A stretch of 62,596 nt of DNA, filler included, from Rhabdomonas costata (taxonomy: Eukaryota): the NCBI GenBank assembly GCA_019059605.1. It is 43 parts of 43 records of this genome, joined end to end, with 100 filler letters (N's around TTAATTAATTAA, not from the genome) between each part and the next. Parts side by side here need not be neighbours in the genome. Positions count along the whole stretch, not along the records: positions 11,692 to 13,049 come from JAHMHO010018325.1; positions 13,150 to 14,506 come from JAHMHO010018326.1; positions 14,607 to 15,965 come from JAHMHO010018327.1; positions 16,066 to 17,422 come from JAHMHO010018328.1; positions 17,523 to 18,879 come from JAHMHO010018329.1; positions 18,980 to 20,336 come from JAHMHO010018330.1; positions 20,437 to 21,793 come from JAHMHO010018331.1; positions 21,894 to 23,252 come from JAHMHO010018332.1; 35 more parts are not named here. One strand, 5' to 3'. A program made the translations under genes and the position numbers. Below the pieces are notes generated by a model. It did not search any database. It saw nothing but the letters and a program-made list of their open reading frames with translations, and had not been told where the DNA came from. Positions 12,201-24,264 of the stretch are shown here, piece after piece; position 1 is the stretch's first letter; the number at the start of each line of letters is the position of its first letter.

Positions 12201-15200
12201 CTATATGTGCCCGCGACCCTCTGGCGACATATAGCTTTCCCTTCAGTTTGTAGCGGTGCACTGTCCCAAGAATTATGCGGGGGGGGGGGGTGACGGCCAC
12301 ACCCATAGAGGCATTATCCCGTTTTCCCTAAACCCCTACTTACTTCGTTCGAACCTCACTTCGTTTTGGGAAACATTTTGGGATGGCGTTGCCCGATGCA
12401 GGCAGCGGTTTGTGGCTCTCCGGCACAGCACAACGTGAAGCCGCACCATGGTGGCTGCATGACCCTCCCTCTCCGCCACTTTTTCATTGCAGACTGAATG
12501 GAAGGAGGTCAACCCCGCCTTGTTGACGGCTGTGCTGGCACTTAAGGCCACCGAAAGCGTTTGTCGGGCTTCTCGCACTTCTCCAACCCCACCGGATGCA
12601 GTCTTCACCAGGTGCAACAGCTTATCTTCCGTCCCCCTTGCTTTATAGAGGTCCCTCAATTTAATGACCCAATATATCCGAGTTTAAACAGAGCCCTAGC
12701 CGCACCATTGTACAGCCCGTGCCAACTTGTGTGGGAGTCCTCCACAACCTCGGGCCATGGACTGGAGGCAGTATACTCTGCAGGTGATGGACGCGCTTGC
12801 TTGCCTGCCTTGCATCTGCTTCCGCTTTGCTTCGTAAAAGAATTCTCCCTCCTCTGAATCACAAAAGAATTCTCCCCGCTGTGAGGCTCGAATATGTCAT
12901 TGTTGTCTAAACTCGCTTCCTTTTTTGTTTCTATACTTTTGACGATGGGAGGTGTTCGATACTGTTTCCTAGAACAATTCGAGATTTCCACTGAAATCCG
13001 GACGCAAAAAGGGATACGTTGGTGCGCTAGTGCTTTTATACCCCCAACCNNNNNNNNNNNNNNNNNNNNNNNNNNNNNNNNNNNNNNNNNNNNTTAATTA
13101 ATTAANNNNNNNNNNNNNNNNNNNNNNNNNNNNNNNNNNNNNNNNNNNNCAGTTTCTGTGAGGTGTTTGTGTAAAGAGTTGTGGATGACAGGACTGCAAG
13201 GTTTCGTGAACCGTATAGTGTACATGTATGGTGTACACACAACACTAATGTATGTGTGTGGATGGGTGGGAATGGGTGAGTGGGTGGGAATGTATGCATC
13301 AGGTCAAAAAGCCACCGACTGGTCGTCCAAGCGGGCGGCGTTTGGGGTGTTCGACAAGACCGCAGAAGCAAGACTCTCTTCGCTCTTGTAGAGGCCCCCC
13401 CCCCCAAAAAAAATCTTGTCCTCCTTACTCTCACGGGTGGAAAGGGCAGAATCGGGTGAAAGCCATGCTATCACCCAGCTTCAAAAAGCACAAGCAACTA
13501 CAGCAACGTCCATCCACGCACAATCATTACGAGCAGCTTCCGTCGTCTGGCCCTTCTGTATCAATTCAAGGAAAATACGGCAAGGTCAAGAATGAGGGAA
13601 AACACTTCTCAAGGACTCACTCAAAGGAGACCAAGGCCCATCTCTCAACCGCAAGGGGGCCATAAAAGGATAGAAGATAGCAATGTGCTCACTGCACTTC
13701 CGTCACAAACACACCCCGGACTGAAAGGTCTCGGTGAAAAAGTACTCAGTGCTCACACCGGTCCCTATGAACAGAACAGTCCTGCACAGCATGTGCCCTG
13801 TCCTCAGGGCATTGCTCGTTGCTTTACACCTGTTTGTCATTGTCGTGTGTGCCTGTGTGGGTGTGTGCAGAGAAAAGAGGAAAGAAGAAAAGGGAGAAGG
13901 GATGTCGTCACGGGGTAATTCTCCCCACCGACGGTGGAGGTGAGTGACTCACAGTGACTCACACTCTCACACAAAAACATATCGCATTCATCTCTACATC
14001 TCTCTCTCTCTCAACTTCAAAGGAAACTGCACAGTCCAGCAGGACGCCGACCAATGAAGGCTCTCATCTTCAGAGTGAAAAAAACAAGCACAATTGCATG
14101 CATCGGATCATATGCCGTGATGCAACAGTAGGTATGCCATTTGGGTTTCGGGGTGGAGGTGTACAAGAGGTACAAGGGAGAAAACCCGGGAACCAGAAGA
14201 TTCCAGAGGAAAGAAGCGAGCACCAAGGAAAGAGAAAGACAAAGAGATCTGGAACATCTCACAGGCAACCAGGCCTGAAGGCATGAAGGAGGCATCCCCC
14301 AGTTTTCCAGAAGGGCACAGAAAACACGGTTTGTACCAACCCATCATGCAACGTCAGAGTCTGTCTCGTGGAAGGGTGGGGGTGGGGGTGGGGGTAAGTC
14401 CAAAAGAAGCCTATGAAACTCCAGGCCTACTTACGACCCCACGCCCACAGCATGGCTTCCCATAACCACGGGATACCCGCAGCCAACACCTCCCCAGACA
14501 CACCCANNNNNNNNNNNNNNNNNNNNNNNNNNNNNNNNNNNNNNNNNNNNTTAATTAATTAANNNNNNNNNNNNNNNNNNNNNNNNNNNNNNNNNNNNNN
14601 NNNNNNAGGCGAGTCATTTACGTACGTCACAGGTTGGCACACACGTCTATGACCTCATCTAGCGTCTTACGTGGGCAGGGATAAGCACTGTGTCATGCAG
14701 CATCTCTCACGTAGCCATTGCTTAAGTAGTGGTTCCACACCCACCATGGTAGCGCATGGTACGGTAAGACCCAACCTGTAGTGGTAAGCGTTGGTAACCA
14801 CAGCAGTAGTAGGACATAGCAGGCAGTAGGAAGTACGCTGTTATGGGGCTGGACGGGTAGCATTCCTGTTACCTCACCGTCGGCTTATCTGCTAGGCACC
14901 TACGTAACAGTGGTGTAAGCCCTAGTTGATACGCTTGATGTGTCCTTGCCGTCAGCATCCCTTGGGAAGTGGGCTGTGCTTGAGGTTACACTCCGGTACG
15001 TACCATGGATCAGGATGGTGGTGTCGAGGCACAACGGTATGTCCAGCATCGCATCATTGGCAAAGGCGTAACAACCTGACAAGACCAATGGTGGGGTGTG
15101 GACATGTCCATGATGCGTTGGGTAGGAGTTGTGCCCTTACCCTCTCATCATGTCATGGCATCTAGGGCGTTACATCCATCAGCCCAAGGGTTACGATGGG

Positions 15201-16370
15201 GTTACGTTACCATGTCATGGAAGCCAGCCACAACCCCAGTGGTCACACCGTTGTTAGGTAAGGGCATGTCCTGTTGTATGTCCGATGCCTATGCATTGGT
15301 TGGGTCACAGTGGGTGTCGTGGTTCCAGCGTTACCCTCACGCTATCGGTATGGGCATAACACACCCTGTCAATCCGTAGTGTGTTGGAAGCGTAGGGATC
15401 ATGCCATTCCTGGTGGTGGTGGTGTTGGCATGATGCTTCAACCCTCGTTCTAACGCGAAGGAAGGAGTGTCAGCCAATACCCCAGTGGTAACCTCAACAC
15501 TTCAACCCAAGGGAGGAGTTCCTGCGTGGCTTCGCCAAGGTCGGAACGAACGGAGGCACCTTATGGTGGCGAAGTGAGTGAAGAGACAAGTGTAGTCAAT
15601 GCATGGATTCCCGAACGTAAGCACCTTATGGTGGTGGAGTGAGGGGTAGAGGGAGTAGAGGATGCATGCGAAGGACTGAGCATGCAGACGACAAGGAGAG
15701 TAGAATGCTTGATGTCGGGATGTCATCTCCTTGCGTCGATGGCATCCCTCCTACTATCCCCACTCCCTGATGGTCATGGGGCCCCCAAGAGTGAAGAGAA
15801 GCCGGTCGTATACGCCCTCATGTGCATTCGGTCGTATACTCCCGAAAAGTAATGGTTCGCTTCGCTCCCCGACTGACGTCGGTACGCTAGCTCACCTCTA
15901 TTCCTACTGTCGGCATTCTCGGGTCCTCGAATGCCTCCAATCCCCACACACTGCGTTTCGTGGGGNNNNNNNNNNNNNNNNNNNNNNNNNNNNNNNNNNN
16001 NNNNNNNNNTTAATTAATTAANNNNNNNNNNNNNNNNNNNNNNNNNNNNNNNNNNNNNNNNNNNNTGGAACTGTATTCGAAAGACTCGGCTGCCAATTTC
16101 ATCTCCGTGCTAGGTGTGGGATGGACGGGAGGACTGTGTGCACTGCGGTGGCCATACAGAATTTTTTCGAGGGCTACGGATGAAAGCGAAAGTTTCCGGG
16201 TGTTTGTGCATATTGGTGCGCTGAGGAGTATGCAAGTAGATGAGTGAATAGTTGTGGGAAACAAAATCTCCTGGGGTTGCTTTTTGCCCTTCAAGCGCAA
16301 AAGCTAGCGTTGATTGATGCTCGTTTACTGTCCTGCTGTACCTTTGGGTAATTTGGGTTCGGGTGCACAG

Positions 16371-16544
16371 GAGATTTCCGAACTTGCGACGAAGTCGATG
16401 GCTTCGACTTTACCGCCTGTTCCGCCATCCCCCTCGAATGTGGCGTCACCGACTGGTTCGTTTGCAGCGTCCGCGTTCTCCTCTTTCATCAGTGTTCCCT
16501 TCAAACATCTTTGGAAATACTACGATGAAATCGGGGAGTTATGA
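16371..16544 (+). CDS. Last exon of an unknown protein
   Basis: cag|EISELATKSMASTLPPVPPSPSNVASPTGSFAASAFSSFISVPFKHLWKYYDEIGEL*. Confidence 0.5.
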   Translation, partial: EISELATKSMASTLPPVPPSPSNVASPTGSFAASAFSSFISVPFKHLWKYYDEIGEL

Positions 16545-16661
16545 AGATGAAGAGCCACCCACAATTATTCTGTATTTGTTTTCGCTTTCGTGGGCCACGG
16601 CATCCAGCTTCGCGTTCTGACGCGTTCTGACGCGCTTGACTATTTTCTCACAGCCCGCGGG

Positions 16662-17422
16662 ATGCTCTCTCCCAGAAGCCCCAGGAGCCCCGGCGGAGGG
16701 CTCTCCTTGCCACCCCGACCACTTTCCCAGGCCTCTGGGCAGTCCCTTGCGCCGCCGATCCCACCCTCACCCTCGCACAGCCCCAGAACGGTCCCCATGC
16801 TGAGCCTCAACGTTGCCTCCTCCCCTCGTCAGCGCTCCTCTCCGAGCTGCTCCCCACACACTCCCATTAGTGCCCGGTCCAAAAGTCCGCGCAAGCCCTC
16901 TCTCACCGTGGACGTCACCTCAGAGGACGCCGAAGCCTCCAGCCCACCTCAGGGCGGTTCTGGTTGTGGCACTGGCCGCCGCGGTCAGTCACCCTCTGCT
17001 GCTGCCGATGCCCCGAGCCCTTCCTCAGAAAGGCGCCAGAGTGGGAACTCCTCGGGGAAGCTGTCCATCACCCCTCGCTCCAGCCGACTTCCTCGCTCCC
17101 CAACCCGCCCCGACGTCCAGGCTCCTGAGGGGGACCCTCCCTCCTCCTTTCCCGTGTCTCCCGCAAACTCAGGCCGCCCACCAGTGCGGGTGCCCACCCT
17201 CTCGAAGCGCCTGGATTCCCAACGGGGCGAGCCTGCCGGTGCCCCAAAAGGAAGCGCCCGTGGACAAGGATCACCACTGTCGGGGCTTCAGACGACCACT
17301 CCTCGCTCTGGACGCCCTCCACGGTCCCCCACTCACCGAGAGTCGCTGGACAAAGAGCGCACCCCTGCGGTCTCGCCGTTGGGCTCGGCCCGCGTTGGGA
17401 TGGGCGTTCCGACCCTTTCGGA
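16662..17422 (+). CDS. N-terminal Ser/Pro/Arg-rich disordered region of an unknown protein
   Basis: Open frame of >250 codons from MLSPRSPRSP with many SP/TP motifs; runs off the contig. Confidence 0.75.
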
Positions 17423-17559
17423 NNNNNNNNNNNNNNNNNNNNNNNNNNNNNNNNNNNNNNNNNNNNTTAATTAATTAANNNNNNNNNNNNNNNNNNNNNN
17501 NNNNNNNNNNNNNNNNNNNNNNGGGTTTGTGGAAAGAGGGCGCTTGGCCCTGCGAGGAA

Positions 17560-17917
17560 GGTCAACCTGTTCCTTGGGTTGAGTCACAGCCCCAGAGACC
17601 CGGCTGGAGAGCTTGTATGTCTCATCGTACTGCAAGGCGGTGACGTGAAGGAGGTTGAACGCTGCTGCGACAGAGGTCAAGGCGTGGGTGAGAGCCTTCA
17701 CCGGGATCTCTGTGGGGTTCGCCTTCAGCTGCTCCGTGACGTGGCCCAACTCCCCCAGCGCGGCTTGGGTCTTCTCCATCGCTGCATGGAGATACTGCGA
17801 GGCCTTCTGGCTGACCTGGTGGTCCTTGTCAAAATCCTGCAGCCTCTTCCTGGCGTCCTCCAGGGCACCACGGACCATATCCAGGCCCTGCTGGTAAATT
17901 GCGCCGGTATCCTGCAT
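17560..17917 (-). CDS. First exon of an amphipathic helical-repeat protein
   Basis: MQDTGAIYQQGLDMVRGALEDARKRLQDFDKDHQVSQKASQYL...LQYDETYKLSSRVSGAVTQPKEQ|gt; strong GC3 bias. Confidence 0.75.
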
Positions 17918-18488
17918 TGTGCGGTCTGGGTTGCGCTGCTTGAAATGACGGGCACGAGCAAAAGAGGAGCACTGGAAAGAAGAAAGACCCAAGCATCCAC
18001 ACGATTTCGTTTGGAGAGTGAATACATTCAGTTGAAGCGAGATTAACACATACTGTCACCGCCCAGATACCGCTCCGCCGATCCTTGACCTTTGAGCATT
18101 GGTGGGGAATTGGTTGTCCAAGCGAACTGATGCAAACAAAGTTCGACGGCGAGTGAGAAAACACCATTTCCTGCAGCGAAAGGAGGGCTGATCAAGCTTT
18201 TTTTATTGGAAGCGCGTTTACTTACCATGCTGTGATCACAAAAACAAAAAAAACACGATCCGACGTCGGGTCGTCCCAAAACACTTGGAAGCGCTGCCTT
18301 TCTCTCGAGTCCCCATCGTTCTCATTCACCGATAAGTTAACCACTACAGGAGCCCACCTCCAACGACAGGTCAGGTCCAACGTAACACCCTTTGGCGAGC
18401 GAGCAGGACAACGAAGAAAGTTGACAGTTCACGTTGAGTGGGCACACAAATTACAAACAAAAGCACAAATGCTGCGACCCCCCCCCTC

Positions 18489-18634
18489 CTAAGCATTTTC
18501 AGGCTTCTTCCCTTGTACGGACGCGACCATGTTCCATCCCATGTTATAAGCAGCCACAATGGCCTTGGAAACCCGCCCTCCAGTGACCCTCTGGTCCAGA
18601 GACTCTGCAGGGGCTTTCGCGGCGTCCAAGTATC
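18489..18634 (-). CDS. Last exon of an amphipathic helical protein
   Basis: ttttctgcag|GYLDAAKAPAESLDQRVTGGRVSKAIVAAYNMGWNMVASVQGKKPENA*. Confidence 0.6.
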
Positions 18635-20709
18635 CTGCAGAAAACAGTAACCAAAAGTGAAAGCGGGACGAAGCCGTCTGAGCTTTCAAGAGGAAATTTG
18701 GAAAGAAAGAAAGAAAGAAAAAGAAATGAACGGTATTCTGGAACACCCCCCGCCACCAGGCAGTCTCAACCTGATGAACACCGCAAAACACTGGCTGCAC
18801 AAAAGCCAGGGCTTCCTTTGTTTGACATCTTGGGATGTCCATCGCTGAAGCTCAACCCACCAACCCAAACACACCCACANNNNNNNNNNNNNNNNNNNNN
18901 NNNNNNNNNNNNNNNNNNNNNNNTTAATTAATTAANNNNNNNNNNNNNNNNNNNNNNNNNNNNNNNNNNNNNNNNNNNNGTTGGTTGGTAATGCTTGCGC
19001 GCCATCTGCAATGACATTGATATGCGCGCGTTCCGTATCGAATTACACAGATCATACGGCTCGCTTTCGATTTTTTGAGACCTCGAACTCGAACTCTCGA
19101 GAGATGCCGATTAATGGCTTAGGTGTTTTTGTTTCTGTCAAGCTTCTGTTTTAGAACTTTTGTTCTTTTCGAGCAGGATAATGGCAGCCGACAACTTGCA
19201 GCCCGGTGTCCCTACAGTTGACTCCAGTGTTGGCACGGTGCCTGTTGAAGGTCAAGCTGCTTTTGTTTTTTTTGCCCCCTATCCAGGTCTATCCAGGTCT
19301 CGAGATACTTAGCCTTGGAAAAGCGCGCGGAATATCAGGACATTTTACGAACAAGGAAGCATACATCGCCGCCGGTACAAGCTACCGAACCCTCATTTTT
19401 CTGGATTTTTTGTGGGGATGTTACGGTCAGCTACCTATAAACACATTTATGTTATCTGAGTGGGGGTCAGGTCTATACTATCCCGTACGCAAGCATAATT
19501 CAAGGTGGATTCCACTTCATGGCGTTTAACACTCCACCTTTACTTTAAAAGATACAGAAGTCCAAATCCTGTTGCTGTTGTTAAGAACCTCATCCTTTTC
19601 GCACCCCGGTCCGTTTGACATGCAACGATTTACAGGTGGGTCTTCCTTTTGTGCCGTGCTGGCAACGGTCAGTTTTTGACGATCCTGTTATATTATTCAT
19701 TTCACTCTCTTCTTGCTACCGGCTCAGACCTGGTGACAAAAAACAAAAGGCCCGGAGGCGAGTCACCACCTCAATGATGGTCCCACATTTTGTTTTGTTT
19801 AAATATTTTCCACTTTAACTGAACATCATTCAAATAAGTGCGAACTGGGTTTGGAATGTACCCAAAATATATTTTCAGAGGAACCGGCGAGAGTGTCGGC
19901 TTCCCGGCCCACTGAATTTGCGGCGAGCTTTCGGGTTCCCTCCTCGAGCCACTCTTGGTCCTCGTCCAGCCCGCGGACACAGAGTCCACTCAAAGGGGTT
20001 ACTGTGGTGATCTATGACCTGGGCGTGCTCTTTGAGGTCTGTTTTAGAGGTTAAAGGAAGACTGGTGGAGACACCAACTTTCAGCGCCTTGCATAGTTTG
20101 TTTTCTGCTCGGAATGTATCCCAATGTCTCCCTGACGGCGTTCTAGCACTACCGATGCGTCGCATCTAATTTACGTCACTGTACAGCACAGGGTTGAATG
20201 GGTAGTGCATGGGCTGGAATCGACCTGCGGGCATTCCAGGTTCGCCTCATTTCGGGTTCAGGCAAGGCGCCAACGCCAACTCGCAAGAGAACACAGGACT
20301 CCCGACCCCCCCCACAAAACCAAACACACACAACACNNNNNNNNNNNNNNNNNNNNNNNNNNNNNNNNNNNNNNNNNNNNTTAATTAATTAANNNNNNNN
20401 NNNNNNNNNNNNNNNNNNNNNNNNNNNNNNNNNNNNAACGAAACTCGGTGGTTGTATTGTTGCGGCTAACAAGTAAAGTCTATTTGTTTCTTTGTAAAAA
20501 CGCAGTGCTGAAAGGGGAGTAGGAAACTGACACACAGGCCGGGCTCACAGGCCTGACGGCCCCGTCCTGTTTCCCCCGGTCCTTTTCTTTCTTCTGGTAA
20601 CGCCGGTACTTCTTTTTGCTGGCTGCTTGGTTGTCTTTTCTCGTTTGGTCTCGTTTCGGGGAGAGACCGGCAGAAGGTGCTCCTGTGATGAACTCCGTTG
20701 GGTCGGCAG

Positions 20710-21603
20710 ATGAGTTCAATGAGTTCAGCTGCTGTTTCTGAAACCGAAGTTTCCTTGAGCGGTGGTCTCAGGGAGTGTCCCTTTCGACTGGTCTTCTCCG
20801 AGTTTTGTAGCCCCCCAACATCTACTTCTCCGTCAAAACACCTCGCCACTCCAAACTCCAGAAGCACGCAAAAACGCGAAAGAAATATACTTCCTGTAAG
20901 CGTAACTAGTTTTCCGTTTTGGTTTTGAAAAGACTTCCACTGGAACATCTTCCGCGTTGACACCGCACTGTATGAAGCCTGTTGTATCGACCCATCAGAA
21001 CTTGCTCTTTGACCCTTCCTGTTAATTTTCTTCTTCAGAAAACAACGTTTCTGGTGAGGACAAGCATCCTTTGGAGCATGAATGGGTAATTTGGTACGAT
21101 AGTAGGCGCTTGCACACCGCCAACGAAGGTGGGAACTGGTTGGACAACCTGCAGACCGTCGCCGTCTTTGGAACGGTAAGCCCCTCTTTCTGAGGTTCAG
21201 GCTGAAGTACTGCGAACCCTTCCGATTTTTGTTCCTCTTATGTCCGTAGGTGGAGGACTTTTGGAGCACCTACAATCACATTAAGCGACCTGCTGACCTG
21301 GAGACCGGATCTAACAACCACATGTTCAAGAAAGGCATCAAGCCCATGTGGGAAGACGATGCCAACAAAGCGGTGGAGTGCCCTGCGCCCTCTTGCTCTT
21401 CACAACACCCTGTGCTCTTGCTCTTCACAGATGGTTCGGAAGAACAATTGTTTTGCTTAACCGTTCCCTTCCCTTCGTAGGGCGGGAAGTGGGTGCTCTC
21501 ACTCACGTCAAAAGAAGACATCAATCGCCTGGATGAACTGTGGGAGCTGCTTCTGCTCGCAATGATAGGCGAGTACCTCGACGACGGGCTCTGTGGGGAT
21601 CAG
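20710..21603 (+). CDS. EIF4E: Translation initiation factor eIF4E, partial; exons 20710-20761, 21039-21175, 21250-21372, 21481-21603
   Basis: HPLEHEWVIWYD, NWLDNL, T|VEDFWSTYNHI, FKKGIKPMWEDDAN, GGKW, LDELWELLLLAMIGE; all introns GT-AG and in phase. Confidence 0.96.
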
Positions 21604-22064
21604 GTCTCTGGTTAACTTTTCCACTTTTCCTATGTATCTGTGGAAGGAAGGGCCCCTGTTAACAATTATTCATGTACTTTTGGAATGCTGTATGCCTTGC
21701 AACCCAATCTAATTTCTTATGCACACGCACACCTTTGTCCTGGTTTGTCCTGACATCTAAACTTTCCTCACACTCCCCCAGCCAAACACAACTNNNNNNN
21801 NNNNNNNNNNNNNNNNNNNNNNNNNNNNNNNNNNNNNTTAATTAATTAANNNNNNNNNNNNNNNNNNNNNNNNNNNNNNNNNNNNNNNNNNNNGCACCAC
21901 TGGACTAGATTATTCCTCTGCAGCGATTGGGTGAGAAGGGGAAAGACGAGTTCACCGCACGCCGGAACATGATATTAAGGGACCATCACGGGCTCACGCA
22001 TACACATATCTCCACAACTATCAAACCCACAAAAAACACATACACATACACAAACAGCAAATAC

Positions 22065-22171
22065 CAAGTCCAAGAGGCCGGAGTTGGGCTTGCCCCCGTT
22101 CTCCCTCTGGAAGTAGTGCAGGTACACGTCGCGAAAGCTCATTCCGGTACCCACGTGGGCCTCCTTCACCG
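22065..22171 (-). CDS. Internal exon resembling the N-terminal cap of protist LRR proteins
   Basis: cag|VKEAHVGTGMSFRDVYLHYFQRENGGKPNSGLLDL|gtatt; Y...KPNS.LL pattern recalled from protist LRR proteins. Confidence 0.5.
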
Positions 22172-22618
22172 CTGCACACCCAAGCGCCCGCACACTTCCC
22201 ACAACTCACAACTTCCCAGAAAGCTGTGTCCAGAAGGAGTGTAGGAGAATAGGGGCGAACACTGGCCTTAAAGCCCCGTACAAGCATACTGATTAAAGGC
22301 TAGAAAAAGATGGCCCATGAGGTGACCGTCCCGACGAGCAATAAATCGGAAAACGGAAAATCCAAGCGACACGGACAAAATTATTTCCTTGGGGCAACTC
22401 TTTTGGGGCAAACGACCCTCTCGTACACACACTCGCGAATGTGGCATACAAGAAGCGGGGCTGCTGACCCATACAAGCCAGAAAATCACACGATTGCACT
22501 GTAACAAGAAGTTGACACGCAAACAGGCATTATCCATGAGTGTTCAAGTCACCAGCAACACAGCCGGGGCGGCGGGGGTAATCGTAGTGATTGCTAACCA
22601 AGATTACTACTGTTGGTT

Positions 22619-22652
<34 letters not shown>

Positions 22653-23376
22653 CATGTGCACTTGGCCAAGGCGACTTTTTTCTGGGGAAGACTCGCGGTT
22701 CTCCTCCCTCCTGGGCTCCCCACACTCGATGGGGCATGGGCATCGGACCTCACCCCTTTCTCACCCCCTACTCCTCGCTGTCTCGCTTTACTCTCCCCCG
22801 CCTTGGGGTTGGCGTCCCCCTCGAGATGACGACCGATGGTGTGCGGGGCCCCGTGTGGTACATTTGGGGTACCCTTAAGGGCGCCCAACCCTCCGCGCTT
22901 GTACACCCCAATAGCCGCACAACCTTGTGTAATCTGGGTCCTGCCTCTTTTTGCGGTACTGACAGATGCCATTGCCTGCACTCTTTCTGTCTGATCTGGT
23001 CTTCCGCATAACCTAAGAGGGCAACCAAATCGCCACTGAACCCTTCCTTATTCGGAAACTGTTTCTTTTCAATTTCCCAGCAACATGACAAATTGAAAAT
23101 CATAATCGTGCCCCCCTTTCCCCTACAATTGGGCCACAGAACTGGGAGCCTTATTGTCGTGCAATGGTGAAGACGGATAGAATAGTGCATAGTGCACAGT
23201 GCAAAGGTCTCATCCGAGCACCCACAGAGATCAAGCCGAAACCCGCCACGTANNNNNNNNNNNNNNNNNNNNNNNNNNNNNNNNNNNNNNNNNNNNTTAA
23301 TTAATTAANNNNNNNNNNNNNNNNNNNNNNNNNNNNNNNNNNNNNNNNNNNNGGGGTGTGGGAAGGCGATGTGGGG

Positions 23377-24264
23377 TCACTTCTTGCTCTTGGCGGCATT
23401 GATGGCCAGGTTTTTCAACCGCTTGGCCTCCCTCTTTTCCGCACGCGCCTGCTCCTCCTTGCTCAGGCCTCCGGCAGCGTTTCCTGCGGCGGCGGCGGGT
23501 TTGGCCTTATCCTCCTTCCCGACTGGCTTCTCCGTGGGCACGGGAGCGAGCCCGAGCTCCTCAGCGATGACGGTCTCGGGCTCCTGCTCGGCAGTAATGG
23601 GGAATCCCATCCCTGGGCTGTACGTGGGCACCGGGGGAGTGATCGTGGGGCTCCGCAGCCATGGAGGAGGCGGAGGAGGGGACCTCAAGGCCTCCTCGTG
23701 CAACGCCGGGTCCACCAGCTTCAGCTCTTCTGAGAGTTGCACAGCAGTAAAGAACCGCCGATGTCCAAGAACAAAACCAAAACTCCTTCAGGAGCCCCAA
23801 AACTGAAACCTACGGAGTCAGAAAAGTTGCCGAAACGTTTACGGTAGTCATTACCTCTCCCCCGAGTGCCCTTCAGCTTAACAGTCCCAATTCCTAGCAA
23901 TGTGGATTCTGCCCTCTTTCCACCCTGTCTGCGTGCTCCCACAGAAACATTGTCCTGTGCACTGCACATCTGTTGTCCGCGCATCTGGAGCAAACGTTTC
24001 GCAGTGCATGGACACAACAAAAACGAACCGCTATTATGGTTGGCATATGTGTGCACCCCTCCGGTCGTAGGCCTGTGCCAGAGCCCACTCCCGCCGAAGC
24101 TGCTCCGGGGGCTTGTCAACGCGGGTCAGCATGAACCGCATGCTGTGGTAGTGCTCCACGAAGTCCCGGAACTTATCCGAGAACACCCGGGTCTCCAGGG
24201 TGCGCCGCTCCTTCACCGAGAGCTCGGGGTTCCGCGTGGCCAGAATCCTACCAAACAGCGGCAT
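23377..24264 (-). CDS. Probable mitochondrial ribosomal protein mL40-like
   Basis: MPLFGRILATR...EQLRREWALAQAYDRR and EELKLVDPALHEEALRSPPPPPPWLRSPTITPPVPTYSP, resembling the mL40 C-terminal EEL...P.L..EA...P..TPP.P.Y motif; middle splicing unresolved. Confidence 0.5.

Noticed and set aside
12336..12991. Two abutting minus-strand ORFs that might be a frameshifted transposon gene
   Set aside because: No recognisable motif, so a call cannot be supported.
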